From contig JALOLD010000005.1 of assembly GCA_025456145.1 (NCBI GenBank), positions 94,486 through 158,485 on the forward strand: a stretch of 64,000 nucleotides of DNA, given 5' to 3'. A model generated the notes under the pieces. That model was not told where the DNA came from. It saw nothing but the letters and a program-made list of their open reading frames with translations, and made no database searches. Position 1 is the stretch's first letter; every line of letters starts with the position of its first letter. This DNA comes from Thermoanaerobaculales bacterium (lineage in GTDB: Bacteria; Acidobacteriota; Thermoanaerobaculia; Thermoanaerobaculales; Sulfomarinibacteraceae). Below are positions 46,692 through 57,240 of the stretch, one piece after another. Made by a program: the position numbers and the translations under genes.

Positions 46692-46784
46692 GCTGCCGCT
46701 GCCGCTGACATCGGACTCGGACTCGGACGCGGACGCGGACTCGGACGCGGACTCGGACTCGGACGCGGACGCGGACGCGGACGA
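46692..46784. repeat. hexanucleotide microsatellites (GCTGCC)x3 then (GGACKC)x12
   Basis: GCTGCCGCTGCCGCTG is followed by 12 tandem GGACTC/GGACGC units (46713-46784). This gives the SDSDAD / VRVRVR strings in the track ORFs. It lies between divergent tRNA-Ser genes, ending 11 nt before a -35 box. Confidence 0.9.
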
Positions 46785-46795
46785 GGGGGGCGTGC

Positions 46796-46824
46796 TTTAC
46801 ACCCGATGGGGCAGTGCGTACAAT
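46796..46824 (+). promoter_or_regulatory. candidate sigma70 promoter for tRNA-Ser(GCU)
   Basis: TTTACA (46796-46801), 17 nt, then TACAAT (46819-46824), 13 nt upstream of the tRNA 5' end. Confidence 0.55.
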
Positions 46825-46837
46825 GGCGGCCCCGGCC

Positions 46838-46943
<106 letters not shown>

Positions 46944-46953
46944 GACGCACTCC

Positions 46954-46978
46954 CGCCGCCCTTTGAGGCGGCGTTTTT
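46954..46978 (+). terminator. intrinsic terminator after tRNA-Ser(GCU)
   Basis: Stem CGCCGCC, loop CTTTGA, stem GGCGGCG, followed by TTTTT. Confidence 0.75.
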
Positions 46979-47005
46979 CCTGATCAACCCCGGGGCGAGG
47001 AGCAC

Positions 47006-48460
<1,455 letters not shown>

Positions 48461-48465
48461 CCGCC

Positions 48466-50160
48466 ATGACCACCGACGCCACGACCAGCCCCGCCCCGCC
48501 CGCGGCCAGCGACTTCATCCGCGAGATCGTCCGCGCCGATCTCGCCTCGGGCAAGCACCAGTCCGTCGTCACCCGCTTTCCGCCCGAGCCCAACGGCTAT
48601 CTCCACCTCGGCCACTCCAAGTCGATCTGCCTCAACTTCGGGCTCGCCCGGGAGACCGGCGGGCGCTGCCATCTGCGCTTCGACGACACCAACCCGACCA
48701 AGGAGGAGATGGAGTACATCGAGTCGATCCAGACCGATGTCCGCTGGCTCGGCTTCGACTGGGGCGAGCACCTCTACTACGCCTCGGACTACTTCGAGAC
48801 CCTCTACGGCTGGGCCGAGCACCTCGTCGAGGCCGGGCTCGCCTATGTCGACGATCTCTCGGCCGAGGAGATCCGCGCCCACCGCGGCACCCTCACCGAG
48901 CCCGGCACGGAGAGCCCCTACCGGAACCGGTCGATCAAGGAGAACCTCGACCTGCTGCGCCGGATGCGGGCCGGCGAGTTCGCCGACGGAGCGAGGGTGC
49001 TGCGGGCCAAGATCGACATGGCCTCGGGCAACCTCAACCTCCGCGACCCGGTGCTCTACCGGATCCTCCACGCCGCTCACCCGCGGACCGGCGACGCCTG
49101 GTGCATCTACCCGACCTACGACTACGCGCACGGCCAGTCCGACGCGATCGAGCACATCACCCACTCGCTGTGCACCCTCGAGTTCGAGGACCACCGGCCG
49201 CTCTACAACTGGCTGATCGAGCACCTGCCGGTGCCCTCGAGGCCGCGCCAGATCGAGTTCGCCCGGCTCAACCTGAGCTCGACGGTGCTGTCCAAGCGCA
49301 AGCTGCTCCGGCTGGTCAACGAGGGCCACGTCGCCGGCTGGGACGACCCCCGGATGCCGACCCTGTCGGGGGTCCGGCGGCGCGGGGTCCCCCCCGAGGC
49401 GGTGCGCGCCCTGGTCGAGCGGGTCGGTCTCGCCAAGCGAGAGGGCACGGTCGACTATGCGCTGTTCGAGCACTGCATCCGCGATCTGCTCAACCGCACC
49501 GCCGAGCGGCGGATGGCGGTGCTCAGGCCGCTCAGGCTCATCATCACCAACTACCCCGAGGGCGAGATCGAGGAGCTCGAGGCGGTCAACAACCCCGAGG
49601 ATCCGGCCGCCGGGAGCCGCCGGGTGCCCTTCGGCCGCGAGCTCTTCATCGAGCGCGACGACTTCATGGAGGACCCGCCGAAGAAGTTCTACCGGCTCGC
49701 GCCGGGGCGCGAGGTGCGGCTCCGCTACGCCTACCTCGTCACCTGCGACGAGGTCGTCAAGGACGCCGCCGGCGAGATCGTCGAGCTGCGCTGCAGCTAC
49801 GACCCGGCGACCCGCGGCGGCGACGCCCCGGACGGCCGCAAGGTCAAGGCGACCCTGCACTGGGTGGCGGCGGCGGCCGCGGTCGAGGCCGAGGTCCGGC
49901 TCTATGACCACCTCTTCACGGTCGACAGCCCGGGCGCCGACCACGACCTCGCCGACGACCTCAACCCCGACTCCCTGGTGGTCCTCGCCGGGTGCAGGCT
50001 CGAGCCCGCCCTCGCCGGGCTCGCGCCGGGGACCCAGGTCCAGTTCGAGCGTCTCGGCTACTTCGCCCCCGACCTCGACACGACCCCGTCCCGGCCGGTC
50101 TTCAACCGGATCGTCACGCTGCGCGACACCTGGGCGAAGGTCGCTGCGCAGGGCGGCTGA
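48466..50160 (+). CDS. glnS: glutamine--tRNA ligase
   Basis: From ATG 48466 ([22 protein letters not shown]...) with [17 protein letters not shown] (HIGH) and VLSKRKL (KMSKS). It has GlnRS-type C-terminal beta-barrels (564 aa). The upstream part of track ORF 47212.. is an alternative frame of gltX. Confidence 0.95.
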   Translation: MTTDATTSPAPPAASDFIREIVRADLASGKHQSVVTRFPPEPNGYLHLGHSKSICLNFGLARETGGRCHLRFDDTNPTKEEMEYIESIQTDVRWLGFDWGEHLYYASDYFETLYGWAEHLVEAGLAYVDDLSAEEIRAHRGTLTEPGTESPYRNRSIKENLDLLRRMRAGEFADGARVLRAKIDMASGNLNLRDPVLYRILHAAHPRTGDAWCIYPTYDYAHGQSDAIEHITHSLCTLEFEDHRPLYNWLIEHLPVPSRPRQIEFARLNLSSTVLSKRKLLRLVNEGHVAGWDDPRMPTLSGVRRRGVPPEAVRALVERVGLAKREGTVDYALFEHCIRDLLNRTAERRMAVLRPLRLIITNYPEGEIEELEAVNNPEDPAAGSRRVPFGRELFIERDDFMEDPPKKFYRLAPGREVRLRYAYLVTCDEVVKDAAGEIVELRCSYDPATRGGDAPDGRKVKATLHWVAAAAAVEAEVRLYDHLFTVDSPGADHDLADDLNPDSLVVLAGCRLEPALAGLAPGTQVQFERLGYFAPDLDTTPSRPVFNRIVTLRDTWAKVAAQGG

Positions 50161-50242
50161 CGCCGCGAGCCGTCAGCCATCAGCGATCGGCTCTGGCTCA
50201 GAGCGCTGTTGCCATGTCTCTCCAAGTGACGTATTCCGCCTG

Positions 50243-50298
50243 GCTGACAGCTGACAGCTGACAGCTGACAGCTGACAGCTGACAGCTGATAGCTCAGT
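50243..50298. repeat. heptanucleotide microsatellite (GCTGACA)x6 plus two degenerate units
   Basis: There are six perfect GCTGACA units (50243-50284), then GCTGATA and GCTCAGT. The last unit contains the stop codon (50294-50296) of the reverse-strand 1442-aa gene. It lies in the glnS / BNR-protein convergent gap. Confidence 0.9.
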
Positions 50299-53200
50299 CG
50301 CCCGCCGGGACGGCGGCGACGTAGGTCGGGTCGTCGGTCGCCCGGTCGACTACCGAGGCGTAGGCGAGCAGCCGCGCCCCGGGGGTGGCGCTGCTGACGG
50401 TGGCGAAGGCGGTGCCCGCGGGCAGCGGCTGGTTGGCCTGGAGCCGGGAGGCAGCCGCGACGGTGAAGCTCAGGGTGGCGAGGGTCTCCCCGTCGGCAGC
50501 GTGGGCGACGACGGTTGCCTCGAGGGCCGCCTCGCCGATGTTGACCAGCCCGAGATTGGTCCGGAAGCGGCTGTCCTGGCGCAGCCCGGGCAGGACCGCC
50601 ACCTCGCCCGTGGCGAGAGCGGTGCTCGCCGGGACGCCGGGGATGCCCTGGCCGTAGGTGCCGCCGGGCGTCGCGGCAAAGGTCCGGCTCGTCGCCATGA
50701 CCAGGCCCTGCCGGGGGGTCAGACGCAGCGCGCCCGTGCCGTCGGCGGCGAGGGCGTCGGCGACCACATCGGGAAGCCGGATCACCCAGCCGTCGGGCAC
50801 GTGCACGACATCGGTGGCGACGGGGCCGTCCTCGCCGATCAGGTCGATCTCCACGATGAGGTCGCCCGAGCCCGGGTTGACGAGGGTCAGATCGGTCCGC
50901 CACCGGGCGCCGCCGGCGCCGACGGCGTGGGCGACCGCGGGGATCCACAGCGGGTCCGAGACCCGGCCGACCCCGGTCGGACCGAGAAAGGTCGGGTCGC
51001 CGGTGCGCTCGTCGACCACCGAGGCATAGGCCGAGAAACGTCCTGACGCCGAGGTCTGACGGACCACCGCGAGGGCCGCGTCGGCGGCGACGCCGAGGGT
51101 CTCGAGCACCCGATTGAGCTGCAGCCAGCTCGACCCGGAGAGGGTCTCGTTGTGCTCGCCGAGGACCTCGGCCTCGGCGTCGTACACCCGGACAACCAGC
51201 GACACCTCGTCGCTGCCGGGGTTGACGAGGCCGAGGTTGGTCCGGAGGTCGGCGGGGTCGCCGAAGCCGAACAGCCGGATCGCGTCGCCGTCCGATGCCG
51301 CGTCGGCGGCCGGCCTCGCCGGGATGCCCTGGCCATAGCTGCCGCCGTCGCCGGTCGTCGCGGTCCGGGTCGTCGCGACGAGCGGGGTCGCCGAGGCGAC
51401 CCGGAGCGCGCCGAGACCGCGGCCGCCGAGCAGCTCGAGGACGACGTCCTCGATCGCGAGCGTCGCGCCCCCCGCGACCGTACGCCGGACGGTCGCGGCG
51501 GCGGTCCCCGGGCCGGGCAGAAGCTCGACGTCCGCGGCGACCGGCGCGGTCCCGGGGTTGACGAGCTCGAGCGTGGTGGTCCATAAGGTGCCGGCGTCGC
51601 CCGCGGTCCGCGCCGCCGCCGGGATGACGAGGGTCGAGGAGGAGGGCGGCGGCCGGCACGACGGGCAGTCGACGGTGAGCCGCAGGTTACCGACCTCGAT
51701 GTCCTCGGTGGTCCCGAGGAGCACCCGGATGGTGACCCCGGCCGCCAGATCCAGGGAGAGCCACGAGTCGGTGTCGCGGCCGGTGCAGCGTACCAACCGG
51801 TCGTCGTCGCTGCAGGCCCCGGCGAGGGCCTGGTAGGGCCCGCAGGCAGGGCCGGTCCACGCCGACAGCGCGGTGTCGGGGGTCGAGCCGCAGCTCGAGA
51901 AGGTGTAAAGCCCGCTCTCGGCCGGGGTGAACTCGAGCCAGATCGAGGCGTAACGGCCCGAGTCGGGGTCGCCGGGAAAGCTGGTGCACGGCACCGGCGG
52001 GTCCGACGCAGCGATGGTCGCACTCCTGTTCTCGGTCAGGACGGTGTACGGGAACGGACCTCCGCCGGGGATCAGCCGCGGCGTCGAGCAGTCGTCGCCC
52101 GGCTCGTAGACCCGCACGACCCTCGAGCCAAAGCCCGCCCGGCCGTCGGAGTCGACCGCGTTGGCCGCGACCAGCACCTCGGCGGCCGCGTCGAACACCC
52201 GCACGAAGGTCGCCCCGATCGAGCTCGCGCCGGCCGCTCCGGGGACCAGCCGCCAGTCGTCGGAGGCGAGGAAGCGCAAGTCGAGCGAGCCCCCGTCGGG
52301 GTCGACCGCGGTGGCCGGGAACGCCGCCGGGTCGCCGATAAAGACCTCGGTCGGGCCGTCGAGGGTCACCACCGGCGGTGCGCCCACCGGGTCGGCGAGC
52401 GCGAGCTCCCAGATGCCCCGGCCGTGGGTCGCCACCACCACCCGGCTGCCGTCGTCGGCGACCACCAGGTCGTGCACCGAGACCGCGGGCAGCCCGTCGC
52501 CGACCGGCGACCAGCTCGAGGCCCCGTCGGTCGAGCGGTAGAGCCCGACATCGGTGCCGGCGAAGGCGGTCGCCGGGTCGCTCGGGTGCCAGGCCAGCGC
52601 CTGGACGGCGAACGGCGGCAGCCCGGCGGTGGCCCCGGTCCAGGTCAGCCCGCCGTCGCTGCTGCGCAGCAGCTGCGGCTCGTCGGCCGCGGGGCGCGCG
52701 GTGCCGGCGAGGACGAGGTCGGCGGCGACCGGCGACAGCGCGACGCTGTTGACAAAGGCCGCGGTCGGCGTCTCGCGCCAGGTCGAGCCGCCGTCGTGGC
52801 TGGCCAGGACGGCGGCGCCCTTGCCGATGACGATCCGCTGGTGGTCGGCGGGGGTCACCGCCACCGCTCGGACGACGTCGAACGACCACCCGCCGCCGAC
52901 CACCTCGGTCGGGAGGGCGAGCCAGGTCGCTCCTGCGTCGTCGGAGCGCCAGACCCGGCTCGAGCCGGTGAAGAGCTGCCAGGGCAGGTCCGGTCGCATG
53001 GTCAGGGGGGTGGCGAAGGGCGTCGGGTCGCCGCCGGTGGGCGGCGAGACGTCGAGCCACGAGCTGCCGCCGTCGAAGCTGCGGAACACCAGCGTGCCGT
53101 AGATCGTGCCGTACACCAGATCCGGCACGAGAGGGTTGACGGCGCTCTCGAAGCCGTCCCCGTCGAGCACCCACTCCCAGTCCTCGGCGCCCGGGCCGAG

Positions 53201-54622
53201 CCGGAGGTTGGTCTTGTTGTCCTGGGTACCGCCGATCAGCCGGTCGCGCCGGATCGGGTCGATGTCGAGGCCGTAGAACTGACGGGTCACCAGACCGGAG
53301 TTGCGTCCGCTCCAGGTCGAGCCGCGGTCGGCCGAGACCCAGACCCCCCCGTCGCAACCCAGCCAGAGCGCGCCGCCCTGCCAGGCGAAGGCGTGACCGT
53401 CGACGTGGGGCAGGGTCGGCGTGCCCATCCAGTCTCCGGCTGCGATCGGGTCCATCGTCGTCCAGCTCGCGCCACCGTTGGTCGTCCGGACGTACCAGAC
53501 GCCGGCGGCGACGACCGTGTCCGGGTCCTCCGGGTCGACGGTGATCGCGTTGTCGTACCAGCCCTGGAAGAGCAGATAGGCGCCGGGGTCGGCGGTGGCG
53601 CTCCAGCTCGCGCCGCGGTCGGTCGAGCGGTAGATCGCGACCGCCGGGCCCTGCGGGGTGTAGTGCGAGGTGTTGAGCGCGGCATAGAGCACCCGGTCGT
53701 CGGACGGTGCGACGGCGAGGGCGATCCGGTTGGCGTTCGGGTTGTTGAGCAGCGCATCGGGAAGCCCGCCGGCGGCCGGCGCCCAGCTCGCACCGCCGTC
53801 GCCCGAGATCATGACCCGGGCCAGGCCGTCGGGGCAACGGCTGAAGCACCACAGCGCCGCCCACAGACGGTCCGGGTCGGCGGCCGAGCGCACGACATCG
53901 GTGACGCCGAGCAGATCCGGATGGCCCAACGGCTCGCTCCAGCTCAGCCCGCCGTCGTCGGTGGCGAGCAGCCCGCGCTCGGTCGCGGCGAGCACCCGCT
54001 CGGGGTCGCGCGGGTCGACCGAGAGGGCGAAGAACTGCTCGGCGACGATCTCGCCGGGCTGGGGCAGGAACCAGCTCTCGCCGCCATCGTCGGATCGCAG
54101 CAGACCGATCCCGGGTACGAAGAAGCTGCCCAGCCCGCCCTCGCCGCTGCCCAGGTAGACGACCTCGGGGTCCGACGGCGCATAGGCGACCGCGCCGACC
54201 GACAGATCGGAAAGGCCGTCGGTCAGGGGCCGCCAGGTGCCGCCGTGGTCGTCGGTCTTCCACAGCCCGCCGCTCGCCGCGCCGGCGACCAGCGTGCCGT
54301 CGTCGACCGGGTGGGGCGCGAGCGCGGTCATCCGTCCGGCACCGTTGCCCGGCCCGAGGCTCACCCAGCCGGTCCCGGCGGCGCCGCCCCCGGCCGACCG
54401 GCGGTGCTCGGCGGCGAGCCACCGCTCGTAGCCCCAGCGCGCCCGCTCGAGCAGCTGCTCGCCGCCCCGCTCGGCGGCGATGCCGTGGCGCTCGCGGTAG
54501 AGCCGAATCCGCTCGAGGATCGAGGCCGCCTCGTCGTCGCGCCGGGAAAAGGGTTCGGCGGCCTCCGTCGCGGCCGGACCGAGGCCGACGACGAGGGCGA
54601 GCGTCCAGGTCAGGAGGCGCAT
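50294..54622 (-). CDS. large secreted BNR/Asp-box beta-propeller protein (sortilin/VPS10- or GH74-like) with PPC-like domain and two C-terminal uncharacterised repeats
   Basis: 1442 aa with signal peptide MRLLTWTLALVVGLGPAATEAA. There are about 12 Asp-boxes (TDDHGGTW, SDDGGESW, TDDGGLSW, SGDGGASW, STDRGASW, TTNGGASW, SADRGSTW, SFDGGSSW, SDDAGATW, SHDGGSTW, SSDGGLTW, STDGASSW). A Cys-rich PPC-like domain follows, then two ~190-aa repeats (WxTxLxLVNPG ... GGxYGQGIP ... FRTNLGLVN ... YASVVD). Confidence 0.85.
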   Translation of the reverse strand: MRLLTWTLALVVGLGPAATEAAEPFSRRDDEAASILERIRLYRERHGIAAERGGEQLLERARWGYERWLAAEHRRSAGGGAAGTGWVSLGPGNGAGRMTALAPHPVDDGTLVAGAASGGLWKTDDHGGTWRPLTDGLSDLSVGAVAYAPSDPEVVYLGSGEGGLGSFFVPGIGLLRSDDGGESWFLPQPGEIVAEQFFALSVDPRDPERVLAATERGLLATDDGGLSWSEPLGHPDLLGVTDVVRSAADPDRLWAALWCFSRCPDGLARVMISGDGGASWAPAAGGLPDALLNNPNANRIALAVAPSDDRVLYAALNTSHYTPQGPAVAIYRSTDRGASWSATADPGAYLLFQGWYDNAITVDPEDPDTVVAAGVWYVRTTNGGASWTTMDPIAAGDWMGTPTLPHVDGHAFAWQGGALWLGCDGGVWVSADRGSTWSGRNSGLVTRQFYGLDIDPIRRDRLIGGTQDNKTNLRLGPGAEDWEWVLDGDGFESAVNPLVPDLVYGTIYGTLVFRSFDGGSSWLDVSPPTGGDPTPFATPLTMRPDLPWQLFTGSSRVWRSDDAGATWLALPTEVVGGGWSFDVVRAVAVTPADHQRIVIGKGAAVLASHDGGSTWRETPTAAFVNSVALSPVAADLVLAGTARPAADEPQLLRSSDGGLTWTGATAGLPPFAVQALAWHPSDPATAFAGTDVGLYRSTDGASSWSPVGDGLPAVSVHDLVVADDGSRVVVATHGRGIWELALADPVGAPPVVTLDGPTEVFIGDPAAFPATAVDPDGGSLDLRFLASDDWRLVPGAAGASSIGATFVRVFDAAAEVLVAANAVDSDGRAGFGSRVVRVYEPGDDCSTPRLIPGGGPFPYTVLTENRSATIAASDPPVPCTSFPGDPDSGRYASIWLEFTPAESGLYTFSSCGSTPDTALSAWTGPACGPYQALAGACSDDDRLVRCTGRDTDSWLSLDLAAGVTIRVLLGTTEDIEVGNLRLTVDCPSCRPPPSSSTLVIPAAARTAGDAGTLWTTTLELVNPGTAPVAADVELLPGPGTAAATVRRTVAGGATLAIEDVVLELLGGRGLGALRVASATPLVATTRTATTGDGGSYGQGIPARPAADAASDGDAIRLFGFGDPADLRTNLGLVNPGSDEVSLVVRVYDAEAEVLGEHNETLSGSSWLQLNRVLETLGVAADAALAVVRQTSASGRFSAYASVVDERTGDPTFLGPTGVGRVSDPLWIPAVAHAVGAGGARWRTDLTLVNPGSGDLIVEIDLIGEDGPVATDVVHVPDGWVIRLPDVVADALAADGTGALRLTPRQGLVMATSRTFAATPGGTYGQGIPGVPASTALATGEVAVLPGLRQDSRFRTNLGLVNIGEAALEATVVAHAADGETLATLSFTVAAASRLQANQPLPAGTAFATVSSATPGARLLAYASVVDRATDDPTYVAAVPAGD

Positions 54623-54736
54623 GGAGGCATCATAGCCGCATCGTCGGGATCAAGGTGTGACCGGGGTCGGGGTCGAAGGCGGCGGCGAGCGTTCGTCGGC
54701 CGGCCGATCGCCCTCGTCAGGGCCTAGAACCACCTC

Positions 54737-54763
54737 GGGGCCGCTCTCGCCGAGAGCGGCCCC
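54737..54763 (-). terminator. stem-loop downstream of tRNA-Leu (end of gap-pgk-tpiA-secG-tRNA unit)
   Basis: GGGGCCGCTCTC-GCC-GAGAGCGGCCCC is a perfect 12-bp stem, 4 nt after the tRNA 3' end. There is no clear U-tract. Confidence 0.5.
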
Positions 54764-54767
54764 GATG

Positions 54768-54852
54768 TGGTGCCGAAGGCCGGACTCGAACCGGCACGGA
54801 TCTCTCCACACGGCCCTCAACCGTGCGCGTCTACCAATTCCGCCACTTCGGC
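54768..54852 (-). tRNA. tRNA-Leu (anticodon GAG)
   Basis: The reverse complement GCCGAAGTGGCGGAATTGGTAGACGCGCACGGTTGAGGGCCGTGTGGAGAGATCCGTGCCGGTTCGAGTCCGGCCTTCGGCACCA is a type II tRNA. It has anticodon loop TTGAGGG and encoded CCA. Confidence 0.9.
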
Positions 54853-54905
54853 AGCGCGGAGCATCTTAGAAGGTGTGCCATCGGTTGGCAAGGGGTCGAG
54901 CCGGG

Positions 54906-55301
54906 TCAGCCCTGATCCGGCGCCGTGCCCTCGGCCGCCCCGGCGTCGTCGGTCGCAGCCTCCTCGGTCGTCGCCGGCGCCTCGTCGACGGCCGGCTCGA
55001 CCGGCTCGACCGACTCGACCGCCACCGGCGCCGGCGCCGGGATCTCCCCCGACTCCATCACCGAGGTGTGCTTCTTGCCCGACAGGATGGCCAGGGCGAG
55101 GGAGAGCACGACGAACAGGATGAACGACCCGGTCGTCATCCGGTGCATGATGTTCGAGGCCGATCGCGGGCCGAACGAGGTCTGGCTGCCGCCGCCGCCA
55201 AAGGCCCCGGCGAGATCGGCGCCCTTGCCCTGCTGCAGCAGGACCACCAGGATCAGGAAGATACAGACGAGCACGTACAGGATCACCAACAGAATCGTCA
55301 C
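54906..55301 (-). CDS. secG: preprotein translocase subunit SecG (with acidic/Pro-rich C-terminal extension)
   Basis: In-frame GTG 55301: VTILLVILYVLVCIFLILVVLLQQGKGADLAGAFGGGGSQTSFG...FILFVVLSLALAIL. It follows tpiA as in many bacteria. Confidence 0.8.
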   Translation of the reverse strand: MTILLVILYVLVCIFLILVVLLQQGKGADLAGAFGGGGSQTSFGPRSASNIMHRMTTGSFILFVVLSLALAILSGKKHTSVMESGEIPAPAPVAVESVEPVEPAVDEAPATTEEAATDDAGAAEGTAPDQG

Positions 55302-55302
55302 G

Positions 55303-56061
55303 TTACACTCCCGCGGCGCGGTCCGCCGCAGCGCGGATGATAGCCGAAAACGAGTCAACGTCAAGGCTCGCACCGCCGATCAGACCGCCGTCGACATCGG
55401 GGCGGGCGAGCAGCTCGTGGGCGTTCGACGGCTTGAGGCTGCCGCCGTAGAGGATCCGCAGCGCCGCCGCGGCGGCCGGCGAGAAGGCGCGCTCGAGGCA
55501 CGAGCGGACGAAAGCGTGCGCCTCCTGGGCCTGCTCGGGGCTCGCGGTGCGGCCGGTGCCGATCGCCCACACCGGCTCATAGGCGACGACCAGGCGGTCG
55601 GGGTCGAGGGAGCCGAGACCGTCGGTCTGGCTCGAGAGCACCGCGAAGGTCCGGTCGGCCTCGCGCTCGGCGAGGGTCTCGCCGATGCAGTAGATCACGG
55701 TCAGCCCGGCGCGCTGGGCGGCCCGCGCCCGGTCGCGGGCGGTCCGGTCGGTCTCGCCGAACAAGGTCCGGCGCTCGCTGTGGCCGACGATCACCCAGCC
55801 GACCCCGAGCTCGACGAGCATCGCGGCCGACACCTCGCCGGTGAAGGCGCCGTGGGTCTCCCAGTGCACGTTCTGCGCCGCGAGGCCGAGGGGCGAGCCG
55901 GCGGCGACCATCGCCGCTGCCGGCAGCGAGGTGAAGGGCGGCGCGACGACGACGTCGACCGACGCCGGCGGGCGGGTCGCGAGCAGGCCCTCGACGAGCG
56001 CCGTGGTCTCGGCGACGGTGTTGTGCATCTTCCAGTTGCCGGCGATGACGGGTCGGCGCAT
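55303..56061 (-). CDS. tpiA: triosephosphate isomerase
   Basis: 252 aa with AGNWKMH, VGHSERR and AYEPVWAIGTG. Confidence 0.95.
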   Translation of the reverse strand: MRRPVIAGNWKMHNTVAETTALVEGLLATRPPASVDVVVAPPFTSLPAAAMVAAGSPLGLAAQNVHWETHGAFTGEVSAAMLVELGVGWVIVGHSERRTLFGETDRTARDRARAAQRAGLTVIYCIGETLAEREADRTFAVLSSQTDGLGSLDPDRLVVAYEPVWAIGTGRTASPEQAQEAHAFVRSCLERAFSPAAAAALRILYGGSLKPSNAHELLARPDVDGGLIGGASLDVDSFSAIIRAAADRAAGV

Positions 56062-57240
56062 CTAGCTCTCCAGCGCGACGATCGCGGGCAGCGGCTCGCC
56101 GGTCAGGAAGCTCAGCGAGGCGCCGCCGCCGGTCGAGACGTGGCCGATGGCGTCGGCGACCCCGGCCCGCCGGATCGCCATCACCGACTCGCCGCCGCCG
56201 ACCACCGTGAAGCCCGGGCAGCCGGCGAGGGCGCGGGCGACCGCGAGCGTGCCCTCGGAGAACGCGTCGACCTCGAACACCCCCATCGGGCCGTTCCAGA
56301 ACGCGGTGCGGGCCGGCGCGATGAGCTCGGCGAAGCGACGCCGGCTCGCCGGGCCGAGGTCGACGACCATCCGATCGGCGGGGATCCGGTCGGCCGCCAC
56401 CACCTCGATCCGCCCGGCGGCGTCGAGCGAGTCGGCGACCACGACGTCGCTCGGCAGCTCGAGGGCGATGCCGCGCGCGGCGGCGCGGTCGACCACCGCG
56501 CGGGCGGTGTCGAGCATCTCGTCCTCGACCAGCGAGCGGCCGATCTCGAGACCCTTCGCCTTGAAGAAGGTGTTGGCCATCCCGCCGCCGATGAGCAGCG
56601 TGTCGACCCGGTCGAGCAGCGCCTCCAGCGGCGCGGTCTTGGTCGACACCTTGGCGCCGCCGACGATCGCGACATAGGGCCGCTCGGGCTCGGACACCAA
56701 CCGGTCGAGGGAGGCGACCTCGCGCTCCATGAGAAAACCCGCGGCCTTGCGGCCGGCGCCGAACCGGCTCGCCACCGCGGCGACCGACGCGTGCGCTCGG
56801 TGCGCGGTGCCGAAGGCGTCATTGACATAGTGGGTGAAGCCGCTCGCCAGCCGCGCCGCGAACTCCGGGTCGTTGGCCTTCTCGCCGGGGTGGAAGCGGA
56901 GGTTCTCGAGCAGCAGCAGGGTGCCCGGCTCGGCCCCGGCGATCGCCGGGTCGAGGCAGTCGGCGACGAAGCGTACCGGCCGGCCGAGCGCCTCGGCGAG
57001 GACCGCGGCCACCGGGGCGAGCGAGTAGGCCGGGTCGGGCGCGCCCTTGGCGTTGCCGAGGTGGGAGCACGCCGCGACGACCGACGCTCGGTCGAGCAGC
57101 CAGCGGACGGTCGGCAGGGCGGCGACGATCCGGGCGTCGTCCTGGACCGCCCCGCCCGAGACCGGCACGTTGAGGTCGAGCCGGGTGAGCACCCGCGCGC
57201 CGTCGAGGTCGGTCAGTGCGGCGAGGGCGGGCAGGCTCAC
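56062..57240 (-). CDS. pgk: phosphoglycerate kinase
   Basis: In-frame GVG 57240 is read here as GTG 57240 (GTGA overlap with the gap stop), giving 392 aa. Motifs are VGGAKVSTK, GGGMANTF, WNGPMGVFE and STGGGASL. The upstream part of track ORF 56062..58263 is an alternative frame of gap. Confidence 0.93.
   Translation of the reverse strand: MSLPALAALTDLDGARVLTRLDLNVPVSGGAVQDDARIVAALPTVRWLLDRASVVAACSHLGNAKGAPDPAYSLAPVAAVLAEALGRPVRFVADCLDPAIAGAEPGTLLLLENLRFHPGEKANDPEFAARLASGFTHYVNDAFGTAHRAHASVAAVASRFGAGRKAAGFLMEREVASLDRLVSEPERPYVAIVGGAKVSTKTAPLEALLDRVDTLLIGGGMANTFFKAKGLEIGRSLVEDEMLDTARAVVDRAAARGIALELPSDVVVADSLDAAGRIEVVAADRIPADRMVVDLGPASRRRFAELIAPARTAFWNGPMGVFEVDAFSEGTLAVARALAGCPGFTVVGGGESVMAIRRAGVADAIGHVSTGGGASLSFLTGEPLPAIVALES

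Noticed and set aside
51687-54727. 911-aa reverse and 767-aa forward ORFs
   Set aside because: They are alternative or antisense frames of the 1442-aa BNR protein gene, whose frame carries about 12 Asp-box motifs and a signal peptide.
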